NCBI RefSeq assembly: GCF_002571385.2
Contig: NW_019217896.1
Coordinates: forward strand, 616,546-680,545
DNA: 64,000 nucleotides
DNA from: Stylophora pistillata
Taxonomy: Eukaryota
Reading direction: 5' to 3'
Made by a program: the position numbers and the translations under genes. This document shows, one piece after another, positions 50,691 through 62,325 of this stretch. Below the pieces are notes generated by a model. That model made no database searches. It was not told where the DNA came from and was given only the letters and a program-made list of their open reading frames with translations. Position 1 is the stretch's first letter, and each line of letters starts with the position of its first letter.

Positions 50691-53149
50691 TTTCCGCAGC
50701 AGAATAATATATTGCCAGGGTTACAATTGAGTCCTTTCTTAACTCTATCACTAAGCCTGTGAAATTAAAAGTTATCAATGTCACAAGACCAGAAATGACC
50801 CATTCAAATGTGATTGCCTTGACGTCATTTCAAACTTGATGACCAGAATTCACAATTTAAGCAATGTAATGTACTTATTGATTGATAGTGTATGACAGAC
50901 AAGAAGATATTTGGCTGAATGTCATGATTAATAGAGAGGTGTGCAAATGAAAAGAGAATGCAAGCACTCTCATGGATCTCCTTTCTCAGGACACCCTTAT
51001 GACCATGGTAAGATTTCTCTGAACATAGCTACTCTTTTATAGGAGCCAGGTCATGAAATCTTTGAACTAGCCAATTGGCAGATAGAAATAACAGCTTAAT
51101 ATTGTGAATAAACCAAACAAAATACTGAAATACCCTATTTAAGGTGATAGGAAACGGTTTTTTAAGACACCTTCTGACTCAATAGTTTCAAAGTGCTCAA
51201 AAATCAACTTTCCCTGTTTGCAGTGAAACTAACTTCACACGTGCTGACCCTGCTGAAGATTGAAATAGTGGGTATGGCATGGCAATCACTATACTCTAAT
51301 AATATTAGGAGCATATTCCGCTTAATAGTTTTTGAGGATAGTCTCGGGAATTCTGCTAGAGATTTCTCTTTTTAAGGTAAGGCCTCACTTCTGAGTGAGT
51401 TTTAACGAAGGAAATCTAGCTGTTTCAAAATTATGATGCCACGACATTTACAGCTTGCCACTACATAATACTGTTTACAGAAAGAGTTCTATAAGTACAT
51501 GTTGAGTATTTAAAGTACTGAGGAAATTAGGCAAAAGTTTTATGGAGCCATTTCCATGATAAGAAAAGAAACTGATCCCATTAAGGTTGTATGCACAATG
51601 TTTAACATAAGAAATATAATACCAAGCAGTCACGATACGGTCGATTGTCAGTCACCCTCTTTAGAGGATGAAAGATAAATCATATCTTAATATTTCTAGG
51701 GAAAAAAACGTACGAAGCATCATTGATCTTAAACGAGTTTACTTTTCCTTTGCGGAATGGTGATAATAATGATTTCAAAAGGGAACTTAAGAAAAATCGT
51801 ATTTGAGACGCGGACAGAAGGCGGAAGTTAAAAGTTCTCATTCCTGATGCTTAATAGACCTCTATGATCAGCGCAATATGTGGCTAAAAGTACGCCAGAG
51901 TCAGTTTTGTTATTCTTCCAATTACCTTCCGTAAACGACTTTACCATGATCTTCGATACTACAGCAAATTGGCTATCAGATTCCAAATGGGAGATTGCGT
52001 GTTGCATATATACCCGTTGAACCTCCCAGACAGTCTTCTTATCTGTTCAAGTTGTAACTTTAACATACTTTCAAGAATTCCTTAATGAAGGGTTATGCAT
52101 TCGTCCATGCAAAAGAAGTAGGCAGTTAGGCCTTTAACCTCCCGATTTCCTTCCTTCGAACTACATCAGTGTGATTCTTTGGTACCTGGGAACATAAGCT
52201 TGAGAGGTGCTTCGAGGGGACAGTGAGATGCCCAACAATGGGTAAGCGGTAGTTTGACAAAATGTTGCGAGTACTTCCAAAGTTTTCGTTACTCCTGCTT
52301 CCAGTAACCTGTGAACCTTATTGGCTCATACGTCACATTTTCGCAAAGCGGGAAAACCAGACGAGCGGGGTAAAGCCTTCAAGCACCAAAAGACTCAATC
52401 AACACACGAAGTAAAGGAAAAGGAGATTACATTTTTTCAAGGAAACTTCGACAAAGTTGGTTTTCCCGAAAATTATTGCAGCCGCGGAAAGCCTCAATGA
52501 GTTGATCGAGAAATATCTACAGCAACAGAGAGAGCATCAATAGCAAGCAAATATAGCGTCAATAATAGGATTTCGCCTTCACTGATTTAGTTAATATGTA
52601 GTAACTAAGTGTTCGAATTAGTCATCCGGTAAAATTCTTATCAAATAAAGCTATTAAATAAAGTTATCCTTTTAATTATTAATGCGAACACTCTCAGGGT
52701 GTGCCCTTCCTAGTGCCCGCCTTCGAATAATTGCCGCCAACACCCCTTCCTACCATATCTGGTTTGTGCTATATTTCAGTTCAGGGAGTCGCATGGTGGT
52801 TCTTAATAAAGAAAAGAAGAAAGGATGCTCGTCAGTAGTGTGACCGCGATGAAGAAAAAAACGTATCTGAAGTTCCAAGGATTAAGAAAATTTGTAGAGT
52901 ACCCAGCCCGTATCCAGAAGAGGGTGATAAATATCATTCTTTACTATGAGATCGATGAAGGATTAAAGCTATCAGACAGTGCCAGCGCCAGCGCTGTGTC
53001 ATGAGGAAACAGATGCACTAGCACGTTAAGATTCCCTTGTCTTCTCATCACCAAGTACCAAGGGCACCACATCGGTACCTTCGCCACCAGTAACTATAGT
53101 GTAGAGAGTAGGATTCCAAACAACATTTACGATCTTGCAGGCAATGGAG

Positions 53150-53192
53150 TAGTTGACCCCTACGAAGTTAGGACAGAGATTTCGAGTTTTAG
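53150..53192 (+). pseudogene. Degenerate copy of SLC4 copy-2 terminal exon
   Basis: GAC AGA GAT TTC GAG TTT TAG (DRDFEF*) versus GAC AGC GAC TTT GAA CTA TAA (DSDFEL*), followed directly by a copy of the 3'UTR sequence. Confidence 0.6.
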
Positions 53193-55766
53193 TTCGTTAT
53201 TGCATCTTCTGTGTCTTGCGTGACTGGTGTTGTGTGACTCACTTTACTTCTCTACCATTATGGGACACACGAAAGTTCTTCGATATGGAGAAGAACGCAA
53301 TTAGAGTACAGCCTGCTTTCCAATCAGACTGAAAGAAGCTTTTATTCATGTAACAATGAATAATGATTGAAATTAACACATCACTGGCGATTGGAAAAAC
53401 TTGTCTTTCATTTTATTGTCTATTTTAGTGTAAGGGTGGAATAAAACTGAAGCGGTATGCACAGAGGTCCACACGAAGCGAGGAGTACTTATCCTCTTGT
53501 GCGTGACCCACCCTTCACGCGTGCCTCGCGTTTGCCTCGCTGTTCCCTTCCCTCCTCTGTAAAACAAAGAAGAAATGATTGCTGTTCTTATCTCGACTCA
53601 GGGATTCTGCTTTTACTACAATATTACCAATTCAACAACCGATGGATGCTATATTGATTTTCCGATAGTTCCGCGGGACCAAATGCAAATATATGAAATA
53701 CAATATGGAGTTAATTTACAGATTTAATGCTCTATGCATCATCAATTTTGTAAAGGTTGTATTTGAAAAACTTAAAGTTATTGAACACTGTCAGGAGCCC
53801 ACCTAACACTGTAGATTAACTCCATATTGTATTTTATATATCTGCATTTGGTGCCGCGGACTACCGGAAAATCAATATAGCATCCGTCGGTTGTTGAATT
53901 GCTCTATTTTTGTCACTTTTTTGTTGGAAGTTTGATGATGTTTTCAGGGAGATATCACCTGTTATCACTCCTGTGAGTGGGTAAGGTCAAAACAAGCATA
54001 TTTGACTGAATTAAGACACGACCGTGATGTGATATTCCAGAGAGAAACGTAACCTTGCGGCAATTTTCCTCGAATGCGCCTGAAACTTGATTGTTGTTTA
54101 GCTAGTAACTTGGCCGCTTACCCACGAGGGTTAAAGACTTCATGTCTACAACTGTATCGATTCGAACCGAAGCGCTAGCTTTGTTACAACAGTACAGCCA
54201 ATCACCAAATGGAATAAAGGCTGTTTGTGGTGCGCGCGTTTTGGGGTGCCATTCGGGATTTCGTGTTTCCGGCTAGGTTACAAAGTTGTTTTTCAAAATG
54301 GCGGCCTCTGCAGTCGACTTTGTGACAAAGAAAAGAATCTCCGAAGGTTTGGTTTCTCTCTGGAAACTCAAAACTAGGCAAGAATTCAACGTTTTTATAT
54401 GCTTTTCAACAGAGGATATAAAAATCTCAGGGTTTCCGGAGTACACTTGTCCCACATATCAGTTAATTAACACTGGACCTTGCAGGTGTACGACTAGTGC
54501 AGGATTGGTGCAGGTCTCCTCCTTCAACAGGTTCAAGTAAATTACCAAAAGATAGCGAGCCCAACTTTAAATTTCTTCACAGCCGTCACAACTTAAAAAA
54601 ATCAGCTATTTTGAGCCACCTTTATCGCGCGTGATGATGGAAATTGTAAAAACGCGAGTGTAGTACGTGGTTTAGAGGCGTAAATGGTGTTTTGAAAGTT
54701 TGCCGAATTGCACGAGCCGTAGGAAAGTGAATTTGAAAACTTTTCAAAACATCACGTGTGAATATCACGGAAACTATGAGCGATTCACACGATCATTTGT
54801 CCTTTATGTTATCAACAAAATCAGTTCTTAGGGCAACTTTCACGGTCTGGGTGGGCATAGCTCCAATTCTAACACACGTCAACGGTTTGGGAAAAGGTTC
54901 TGTTCTCTTAGAATTGGTTATATTTGATACAAGGGTTCTAGTACAATAACCGAGAAACTCCGCACCCACCCTTCCCCTGATCCAACATTAACCGTAGCTT
55001 GTTATTCTGTTGACTCGCTGGCTTTTGGGTCACGAGAGGGGTAGGTGCGCAATTGCCCAAATAGTGACATTGATCCAATACCAGGGGCGGACCTAGGGGA
55101 GGGGCACGGGAGGACCGGACCCTCCCCCCTCAGTTTGGGTAAAAAATAAACGCAGAGGGAAGAACATCCGGCAGGTAAACACACAGAAAAATAAAACGAC
55201 CCCCCCCCTCAGCTCAAGGTCTGGATCCGTCAATGGATGGAATAACTGTGACAGACAAACCAGTCTTTACGGATTTCGTAGCATTTCACAAAGTAGCATA
55301 TCTTTTTTTATATCCTTGAAAGCTTAAATTTCTAGAGTATGCGGAACGGAAATCCAGTTTTAGACTCTGCAGCCTATTTGTGCATTTGAAGTTGAATAAT
55401 CAAGAGCGAGATGTTTTGCTGAGTTTGTTATAATCTCTGCCATGGCGGATCGCTATAAAAGAAAATATGAATCAAAATATGTTTAGAAATGAGGTTTGTA
55501 CGTTCGGCTAATCCTAATGAGTTAGTCAATGCTGTTACTCAGCAATCGGCTCTTTTCCTTGTAATAAATTGAAATTGCTGAACTGGACACGATTTACCTA
55601 AGTGCACAGCTTTTATAAAAAAAAAAAAACATCTTTGGCCTAGGTTCTGGAGGATTCTACTTAGTACACCAGGTCGCTTCACTCAGGTTTCGTGTGTACT
55701 AAATTGCTACAGTTTCGGCTTAATTTTGATGGTCACTTTCTTTGTGCTTCATTTGAACCCTCATCC

Positions 55767-56637
55767 TTAAAGGTCTCCGGCCTTAAACTTCTCGGCGATG
55801 AATTTCCGTACCATTCCCTGAATCTCATCTTCCTCTGGGCATTCCAATTCGCTTAGCAGCCCCTTGATGTCTTGGACAGCCTGCGTAGTCCAGCCTTTAT
55901 GCATCTCTAAAGACGATTTCATCAACATGTAGATATCCAAAGGTAACAACACGGCGCCAACAATTCCTCCAGCTAAATTGGCCACGCGCACTCCCGCCAA
56001 ACCCCCGGTTCGCGCGAAGCCACCAGCAGCAGCAAACGCCCCAGCCCCTATTGAAGCCGTGGACGAGAAGCCCCAGAAAAACCTGGCGGAGAAATCTACT
56101 TTCTCCTCGGTTGAAGTCGTGAACTCCCTTTGAGCTAGATTGTGAAGAAACGCAGAACCCTCGTTTTGTATTCCTCTCAGATCGGAGATGAACTTCTCGA
56201 GGTTGTCCACCTTTCCTTTCAGTTGCGTGCAGGCTCCCCTGTCCTCGTCAATGGTTTCCTTAACTTTCTTCAGTCCTAACTTTGCGAGGGTTATGTAGAT
56301 TGCTTTGGAAACAGACATCCTCAAGACTCCTGCGACTATGATTACGGCGCCAGCGAGGGAGACCACAAGCCCGGCTCCAAAAGTAAAGAGCGTGGTAATC
56401 AGGCCCACTATCGCTAGGATTCCTCCTAGGGTACTCGCAGAAGCACCTGCTACGGTCGATTTACTGACATTCATGTGGTGTTCGAGTAATTTGGACGCTA
56501 GTTCCTCTAGTTTTTCCATAGTATGTTTCCTCCTTGGTATCCAGCGCCTAAAAGCGTTAATCAAGTCTTCTTCTAACCGGCCCAACACTCGGTAACTCGT
56601 CGTGACTCGGACATAATCTTTGTTTGACAACAAATTT
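55767..56637 (-). CDS. Apolipoprotein-L-like domain exon 2
   Basis: HHMNVSKSTVAGASASTLGGILAIVGLITTLFTFGAG...LLPLDIYMLMKSSLEMHKG...LECPEE; clearly paralogous to 58402-59374 (shared WIP.RKHT.EKL.ELA, IDEDR.ACTQL, VDF.ARFF). Confidence 0.85.
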
Positions 56638-59600
56638 CTGCAAGACAAATATTCAATGAAGTAAAAAATTATCTTTGAAGGTCTAGTCCATGAAAAAAAA
56701 TTTGGAAGCATAATTATGTGATAGGCTGTCGCTATTTCGCATCAAATTATAATGAGTTTCAGGTTTTAGTTTCACTGAAAGAATATAATCTCTTGGTTGT
56801 ACCGACTGCAAGCTCACGCGTGACTTATCCTCCAAACATTAGAATTCTGGTTGATGTTTCAAAAAATCATTCACCCAACCATCACTATAATTATATTCAA
56901 GCTTTACAACTGAAGTTTATAAAATTACTTAGAGATTGGTTGCTTTCATTGCTACTTTTATCATAAATCTGCCCGCATTCCACCTCTGCAAGAAAATGTA
57001 TTTGGGTTAAACGACTTCCCTGAAATCTGATCCGGACTTTCGTTTGTGCAAAGGACTGTAGGATCGCCAGGTGCGAAACATTGCAAAAAGAAAACGCACT
57101 CAGAATACATGGCGAAATTTGTTTCAAGGTCCGAAGAAAACAGAAAAAATTTTGAAGAAAGATCTTCGATTCTGGGGTAAAACAATTTTAGGAAACAAAA
57201 CTAAAAGACGAATTTCTTTTCACTGAACTAAGATGAAAGTTATCAATAATAGTGATATTTCTAAATCAACTTGAGTAGGTTTCTTCATTGTAACTCATTA
57301 TCAACGCAGAAACGACTAAACGTTGATAAAGCTGAACCTCCCAGGAAAGGTCGAAGTCTATCTCTCCTAAACCTTTCGGTACATAATCTAGCAAACAGGT
57401 GCTGAGATTGTAAAAGTTGTCATCGGGAAATTTTTTAACACAACATTCTCTTGAGTAGTTTATGAGAAATTATAACCCACCCATTAATTTTGGCGCGATT
57501 TTAGTGGTTACTTTACGTCACCTGGTGCGAAATCACAGGACAGCTATCACGCAATAAACCCCGTCCGCGTCGATATTTGTCCTCCGATTTTTTCCGTGAA
57601 AAAGAAGCATAGTCAACACAAGAGTTTCAACTTTTCCGTTCTCCTATTTACATGGAAGAAAACCAAACTGGTTTTTTTTTCAGTCCTCACAGTGAAAATT
57701 GAAATGATTTGATTTTTTCCTGAGACTGATAAACATTTCTTTGTAGTCAAGTTTTTGAACAGCACGTCGGAAAATGTGAACCAAAAGCGCCAAGTTTTCG
57801 AGTTTTTGATCTAAGGGGCGTTATGAGAATTAATTTCAAATGACAGCTTGTCAAGGTTTGGTCCAATCACATTAAAAAAAAGTAATTTAAACCAATCATA
57901 TGTACTTAATTGCTTGCATCAATCACGCGCATTCGCCATCAAATCACCACTGGCTTTTTTATACTGTGTTTACCCGCAGTTTAATTGCGATGTGAAAATT
58001 AATGAGAGGGTTACAAAATAAATAAACCCCGTTCTGGATTGCTGGTATGTCGGCTGATAATGTCCTTGGCTGAGAGATTGTCCTCAAAATTTCATATTTG
58101 CCCTCGAAGCTTCGCTTCTCGGCCAAATATTTATTTTTCGGACCATCTCTCAGCCGCAGACATTATCAGCCGACATAACAGCCGCCCGAAGGGGGTTTAT
58201 TTACTAAATATACTGCAAATATACTGCAGTGAGTATTACGAATCAGATTTTGTGAGATAAAGTGTTAAGACCCAGCCTCACTGAGGCTGGGTCTTAACAC
58301 TTAAGACCCAGTCGTTAAGTCGTTAAGTCGTTAAGACCCAGTGATTAATTGGTTAAAGACCCAGCCTCTTTAACCAATTAATCACTGTTCGCACCACTCA
58401 CATCTTTTGGTTTTTCTGTGGCGTTTTCGGCTTTGCTCTTGTCATTATTATAGGCCTCAGTTTGGCCTCAGTAAACTTTTCTTCGATAAACCTCTCCACC
58501 ATGAGTTGAATTTCTTCCTCCTCTGGGCATTCTAACTCACTTAAGATCTGCCTGATGTCTTCCACCGCCTTGGAAGTCGAACCTCTTTTGAGCTCTACTG
58601 ACGACTTCACTAGCAATACGATGTCCAGAGGTAACACTGCCGCGCTTACTGCTGAACCGGCCACATGTGCAACAGGTACTCCCGCCAATGCCACGCTCCC
58701 CACCAAACCTCTCGTCGTGGTAGCGTACGCTGAGGCCGAGATTGAAGCCGCGGACAAGAAAATCCGGAAGAACCTGGCGCCGAAATCTACTCTCTCTCCG
58801 GGGGAAGTCGTGGGTTCAGAAGGGGTTAGATGGTGAAGGAATGTAAAACCACTACCTTCTAATTCTCCTCTCAACTGAGCATCGTTGTGAAGAGGTTTCA
58901 GAAACTCTGCTAGAGTGGAGATGAAGTTCTTGAGAGCTTCCAACTTTTCTTGCAGTTGCGTGCAAGCTTCCCTGTCCTCATCAATGGCCTCTTGAACCTC
59001 TTTCAATCCTAATTTTGTGAGAATTAGCTCAGTTACCTTGGAACCTGACATCACCAGACCTCCCGCGCCTCCAATTCCGGCGCCAACGAGTGAGATCGCA
59101 ATCCCGTCTCCAAGAGTGAAAGGTGCAACGATGAGGCCCGCTATCGATAGGATCCCTCCTACGGTACCCATAGACGCCCCTGTGATGGTTGATATGTTAA
59201 CATTTGTGTGATGTTTGTTTAAATTTGTCGCAAGCTCTTGCAGTTTCTCCCTGGTATGTTTTCTCTTTGGTATCCATTCGATAAAAGTCTTGTTCAGGTC
59301 TTCTCGTAACTGGCGCAATTGCTTGAATTTTTGAGTGATTTGGTTCACGACGTATGAAGTTGACAGTTCCGGATCTAAAATGATAAAATGATAAAAGAAT
59401 TATCTAAGATGATAGAAGGGTTAATACATGGTGGTAAAATTTTGTCTCATTAAAAGCTGCTTTGTAATCTTAGTACATCAAACTGAAAAACTGAGAAAAA
59501 GCTTCTTACAAACTTTTGGTTTTTTACATCATGCTTTCATAGAAGAAAATGGTTAAAACGCTATTAACATCAGCTCAGTGTACCAAACTACAAAATAAAT

Positions 59601-61177
59601 ATATATCCTCTTTGAGAATGGGAAGGATACAATGACACATAACATCAAAAGCCAAAGGAATTAACAAATATTTAAAGGTGCAGACTGTGATAAGAAATAA
59701 ACACTAAAATTTGATAAGAAATTTCCAAATTCACTTGCTTTGCAAGTGATTCAGCCCTGATACCTTTTGCTCCATCTTGAAGGTCTTGTCTTAGATACTC
59801 CACTTCTTGGGCTGTAGTTTTTACTTCTCCTCCGAGCTGATCTCTGTTGTCTTGGGTTTCATCTTGAAGCTCTTGTCTTAAGCACTGCACTTCTAAGGCT
59901 GAGGTCTTTACTCTTACTCCACTCTGATCTCTATCGCCTTGGGCTTCATCTTGAAGCTCCTGTCTTAAGCACTGCACTTCTTGGGCTGTTGTTTTTTCTT
60001 CTCCTCTAAGCTGATCTCTCGTGCTTTGGGCTTCATCTTGAAGCTCTTGTCTTAAGCATTGCACCTCCTGGGTTGCAGTTTTTACTTCCCCTCCAAGTTG
60101 ATCTCTGATGTCTTGGGCTTCATCTTGAAGTTCCTTTCTTAAGCACTGCACCTCTTGGGCTGTAGTTTTTATTTCCCCTCCAAGGTGATCTCTGATCTCT
60201 TGGGCTTCATCTTGAAGTTCCTTTCTTAAGCACTGCACCTCTTGGGCTGTAGTTTTTAATTCCCCTCCAAGCTGATCTCTGCTGTCCTGGGCCTCGGCTT
60301 GAGGTTCCTGTCTTAAGCTCTGCGCTTCTTGGGTTGCAGTTTTTACTTCCCCTCCAAGGTGATCTTTAATGCTTTGGGCCACATCTTGAAGTTCCTGCCT
60401 TAAGCACTGCACTTCTTGGGCTGTAGATTTTACTTCCTCTCCAAGATAATCTTTGATACCTTGGGCTTCATCTTGAAGCTCTTGTCTTAAGCGCTGCACC
60501 CCTTGGGCCGTAGTTTTTATTGAAGAGTTCATCGTTGTCATACATTCCTTTACTTCCATATCACTCTGGTACCAAATGCGCAATTCCCCCTCATCATGTT
60601 TCTTGTGTTTGTCAGTAAGGGGATCTTTCAAAAGTGTACCAATAGCCTTCCGCCATTCTGTTTTCTTTACAGGGTTGACTTGACCCGCAATTCTTACCAG
60701 AGCCTCGCTGATTTCTTTCCAGTGTACTAAAAAATCATCATCTGATACTTCCATTTTCTCATTCACATGACCATATATTGAATTATGGTAGAATTTAATT
60801 CTTGCTAAATCTGCCTCTAAGCTTTGGTCTGTGGGTAAAGGTAAAGAATCCCAACCTTTGGCTGGAGGGGTGAGGCTGCAAATTGTTCTCAGCAACCGAA
60901 AGAGAAGAGTTATATCAAAGTCTGTTGACTTTCCATACACCCCTGGGGATGGGTACAAACACTCCCATTGTGGTTTGGTGAGCTTTGCAGCCTTGAGTAG
61001 CTTCTTTGTAGCTGGGTTCTTCAGGATTGCTGGAAGATTACTCGGTGGACATTTGTTGTCAAAAACCTCCCTCAATAGCACAGTACCTCCACCTATTAAA
61101 AGCCGAGCCATCCGTTGAAAATTATCTCGCCCTTTTGAAGGACATAGCACAGCGTCTGGTCTAAGAGCAGTGGCCAT
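55767..61177 (-). CDS. Predicted 3-exon fusion gene: HEPN_DZIP3-like domain + 29-aa repeat helical stalk + two apolipoprotein-L domains (~1085 aa)
   Basis: Exons 61177-59764, 59374-58402, 56637-55767. Intron 1: donor AAG|GTATCA and acceptor TTTTATCATTTTAG|AT, both phase 1. Intron 2: donor AT|GTGAGT and acceptor TTTGTCTTGCAG|A, both phase 2. Total 3258 nt, in frame. Neither APOL ORF begins with an ATG (track starts are GTG, or an ATG in intron-like sequence). Confidence 0.7.
58016..58210. mobile_element. Short MITE in intron
   Basis: AAATAAACCCC...GGGGTTTATTT inverted termini. Confidence 0.65.
58261..58387. repeat. Two perfect hairpins built from a shared TTAAGACCCAG motif
   Basis: 20-bp stem with 1-nt loop at 58261-58301; 21-bp stem with 7-nt loop at 58339-58387. 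Confidence 0.95.
58402..59374 (-). CDS. Apolipoprotein-L-like domain exon 1
   Basis: HHTNVNISTITGASMGTVGGILSIAGLIVAPFTLG..ISLVGAGIGGAGG and C-terminal LPLDIVLLVKSSVEL..GS.SKAV.DIR match APOL-family hallmark segments. Confidence 0.85.
59764..60520 (-). repeat. Coding tandem repeat, 87-bp unit, ~9 copies
   Basis: Consensus KTTAQEVQCLRQELQDEAQDIRDQLGGEV. Confidence 0.95.
59764..61177 (-). CDS. Exon encoding DZIP3/hRUL138-like HEPN domain followed by ~9 tandem 29-aa repeats
   Basis: NFQRMARLLIGGGT..LREVFD, QWECLYP, FDITLLFRLLRTICSL, GWDSLP..D.SLEADLARIKFYHNSIYGH are typical of the HEPN_DZIP3 N-terminal module of cnidarian NLR/TPR-type genes. ATG in AAAATGGCC context; 5'UTR acceptor TTTCACAG| at 61244. 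Confidence 0.85.
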
Positions 61178-62204
61178 TTTTAATAAATTAAATTATTGCA
61201 GGCTGGGGTTAGAATCAAGTTCTTTCTTAACTCTTTGACTAAACCTGTGAAACAGAACAACGAAATTAAAGGTTATTAATGTCACAAGACCAGAAATGGC
61301 TCTTATCAATTTTGCTGTCTTACTTTATTTTTGAAGCTGCAGACAACCAGAATTCCCAATTTACCATGAAAATTAAATGTAGTTGATGACTGAGGAAGTG
61401 AGCAAGACAAGAAGAAAAAGATTGGCTGAATGTTATGAATTACCGGCTTGGCGCAGATGTGCAAACGAAAAGAGAACATTGGCACTCTCATAGATCTCCT
61501 TTCTGAATGGGACGCTCTCAGGACCAAGATAAGATTCCTCTGAACATGGCATCTGCTCCTTTCTAGGAGCCTGGTTATAAAATCTTTGAACGGGCCAATT
61601 GGAACATAACAATAACAGCTTAAAGTTGAAAATAAACAAAAAAATATATCCCATTTAAAAAAAAAGTATGGGTGGTTGAGTTAGATAACACTAAATAGGA
61701 CTGTTATGGAATAGAGCAGAAAATCTGCAGTGCTTCTGTAGCATAGGCTTGCCTTTTCTAGAGAAAGACTTTCGTTCTACAAATCTGATTTTTGGGCTTC
61801 GAAAAATAACACCAAAATCTTAAAGTCGAGGGTTTTCCAGTTTTTCACTCCCGCATGACAATGACCCAATAGATGCAAATGTAAGGTGTACCTGTTTGTT
61901 GCAGAATTCTTAGTATTAATTAATATTTAACCTTATAGGGAGGTTCGTCTAGGATAATTTAGCAGATATTTTCAAGTCTGTTATTTGCAGCCACTGTAAT
62001 GTACTCCACCCTTCTTTCATTCCCTTCGAAAAAAAAAATATATAAATATATAGAGAGAGGGGTTAAACTTGACTATCCGTAAAACAGTGCTCGATACATA
62101 TAGTAGAGCGAGTATAACGTGTGATAGGCAGAAAAAAAAAATCAATCAACTATATTTCATCCCTACAGACCTGTTTCGTGGTTGCCCACACATCAGGGGA
62201 TTTA

Positions 62205-62325
62205 AAATCTCTTTCTGCTCGTGGTCCTGAGGTGTGTTCAAAAGTAGCAAGTCCGTCGTCTCTGTATAGACCGATGCATTCTTTTCCGTAAACCTGACAT
62301 AAGCCGCTAAGTATGTTATATATCC
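62205..62325 (-). mobile_element. Penelope-like reverse transcriptase fragment
   Basis: IGLYRDDGLA...SGP.AER motif. Confidence 0.65.

Larger units (their letters stand above)
44580..51130. repeat. Segmental duplication, block A
   Basis: Colinear matches to block B: 44635~53200, 45370~53752, 45616~53963, 45937~54009, 46670~54272, 48496~54400, 49860-51120~60360-61640. Confidence 0.9.
53150..61650. repeat. Segmental duplication, block B
   Basis: Direct-orientation partner of block A; lacks the TE insertions of A and carries APOL exons in place of TPR exons. Confidence 0.9.

Noticed and set aside
51200-53100. Further exons of a third SLC4 copy
   Set aside because: No SLC4 motifs recognisable by eye in any frame.
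59672-59763. HEPN ORF as a standalone 501-aa protein or spliced at CAA|GTGAAT (59735)
   Set aside because: The tail is intron-like, and that donor is phase 0, incompatible with the phase-1 acceptor at 59374; the donor at 59764 fits. Not fully excluded without transcripts.
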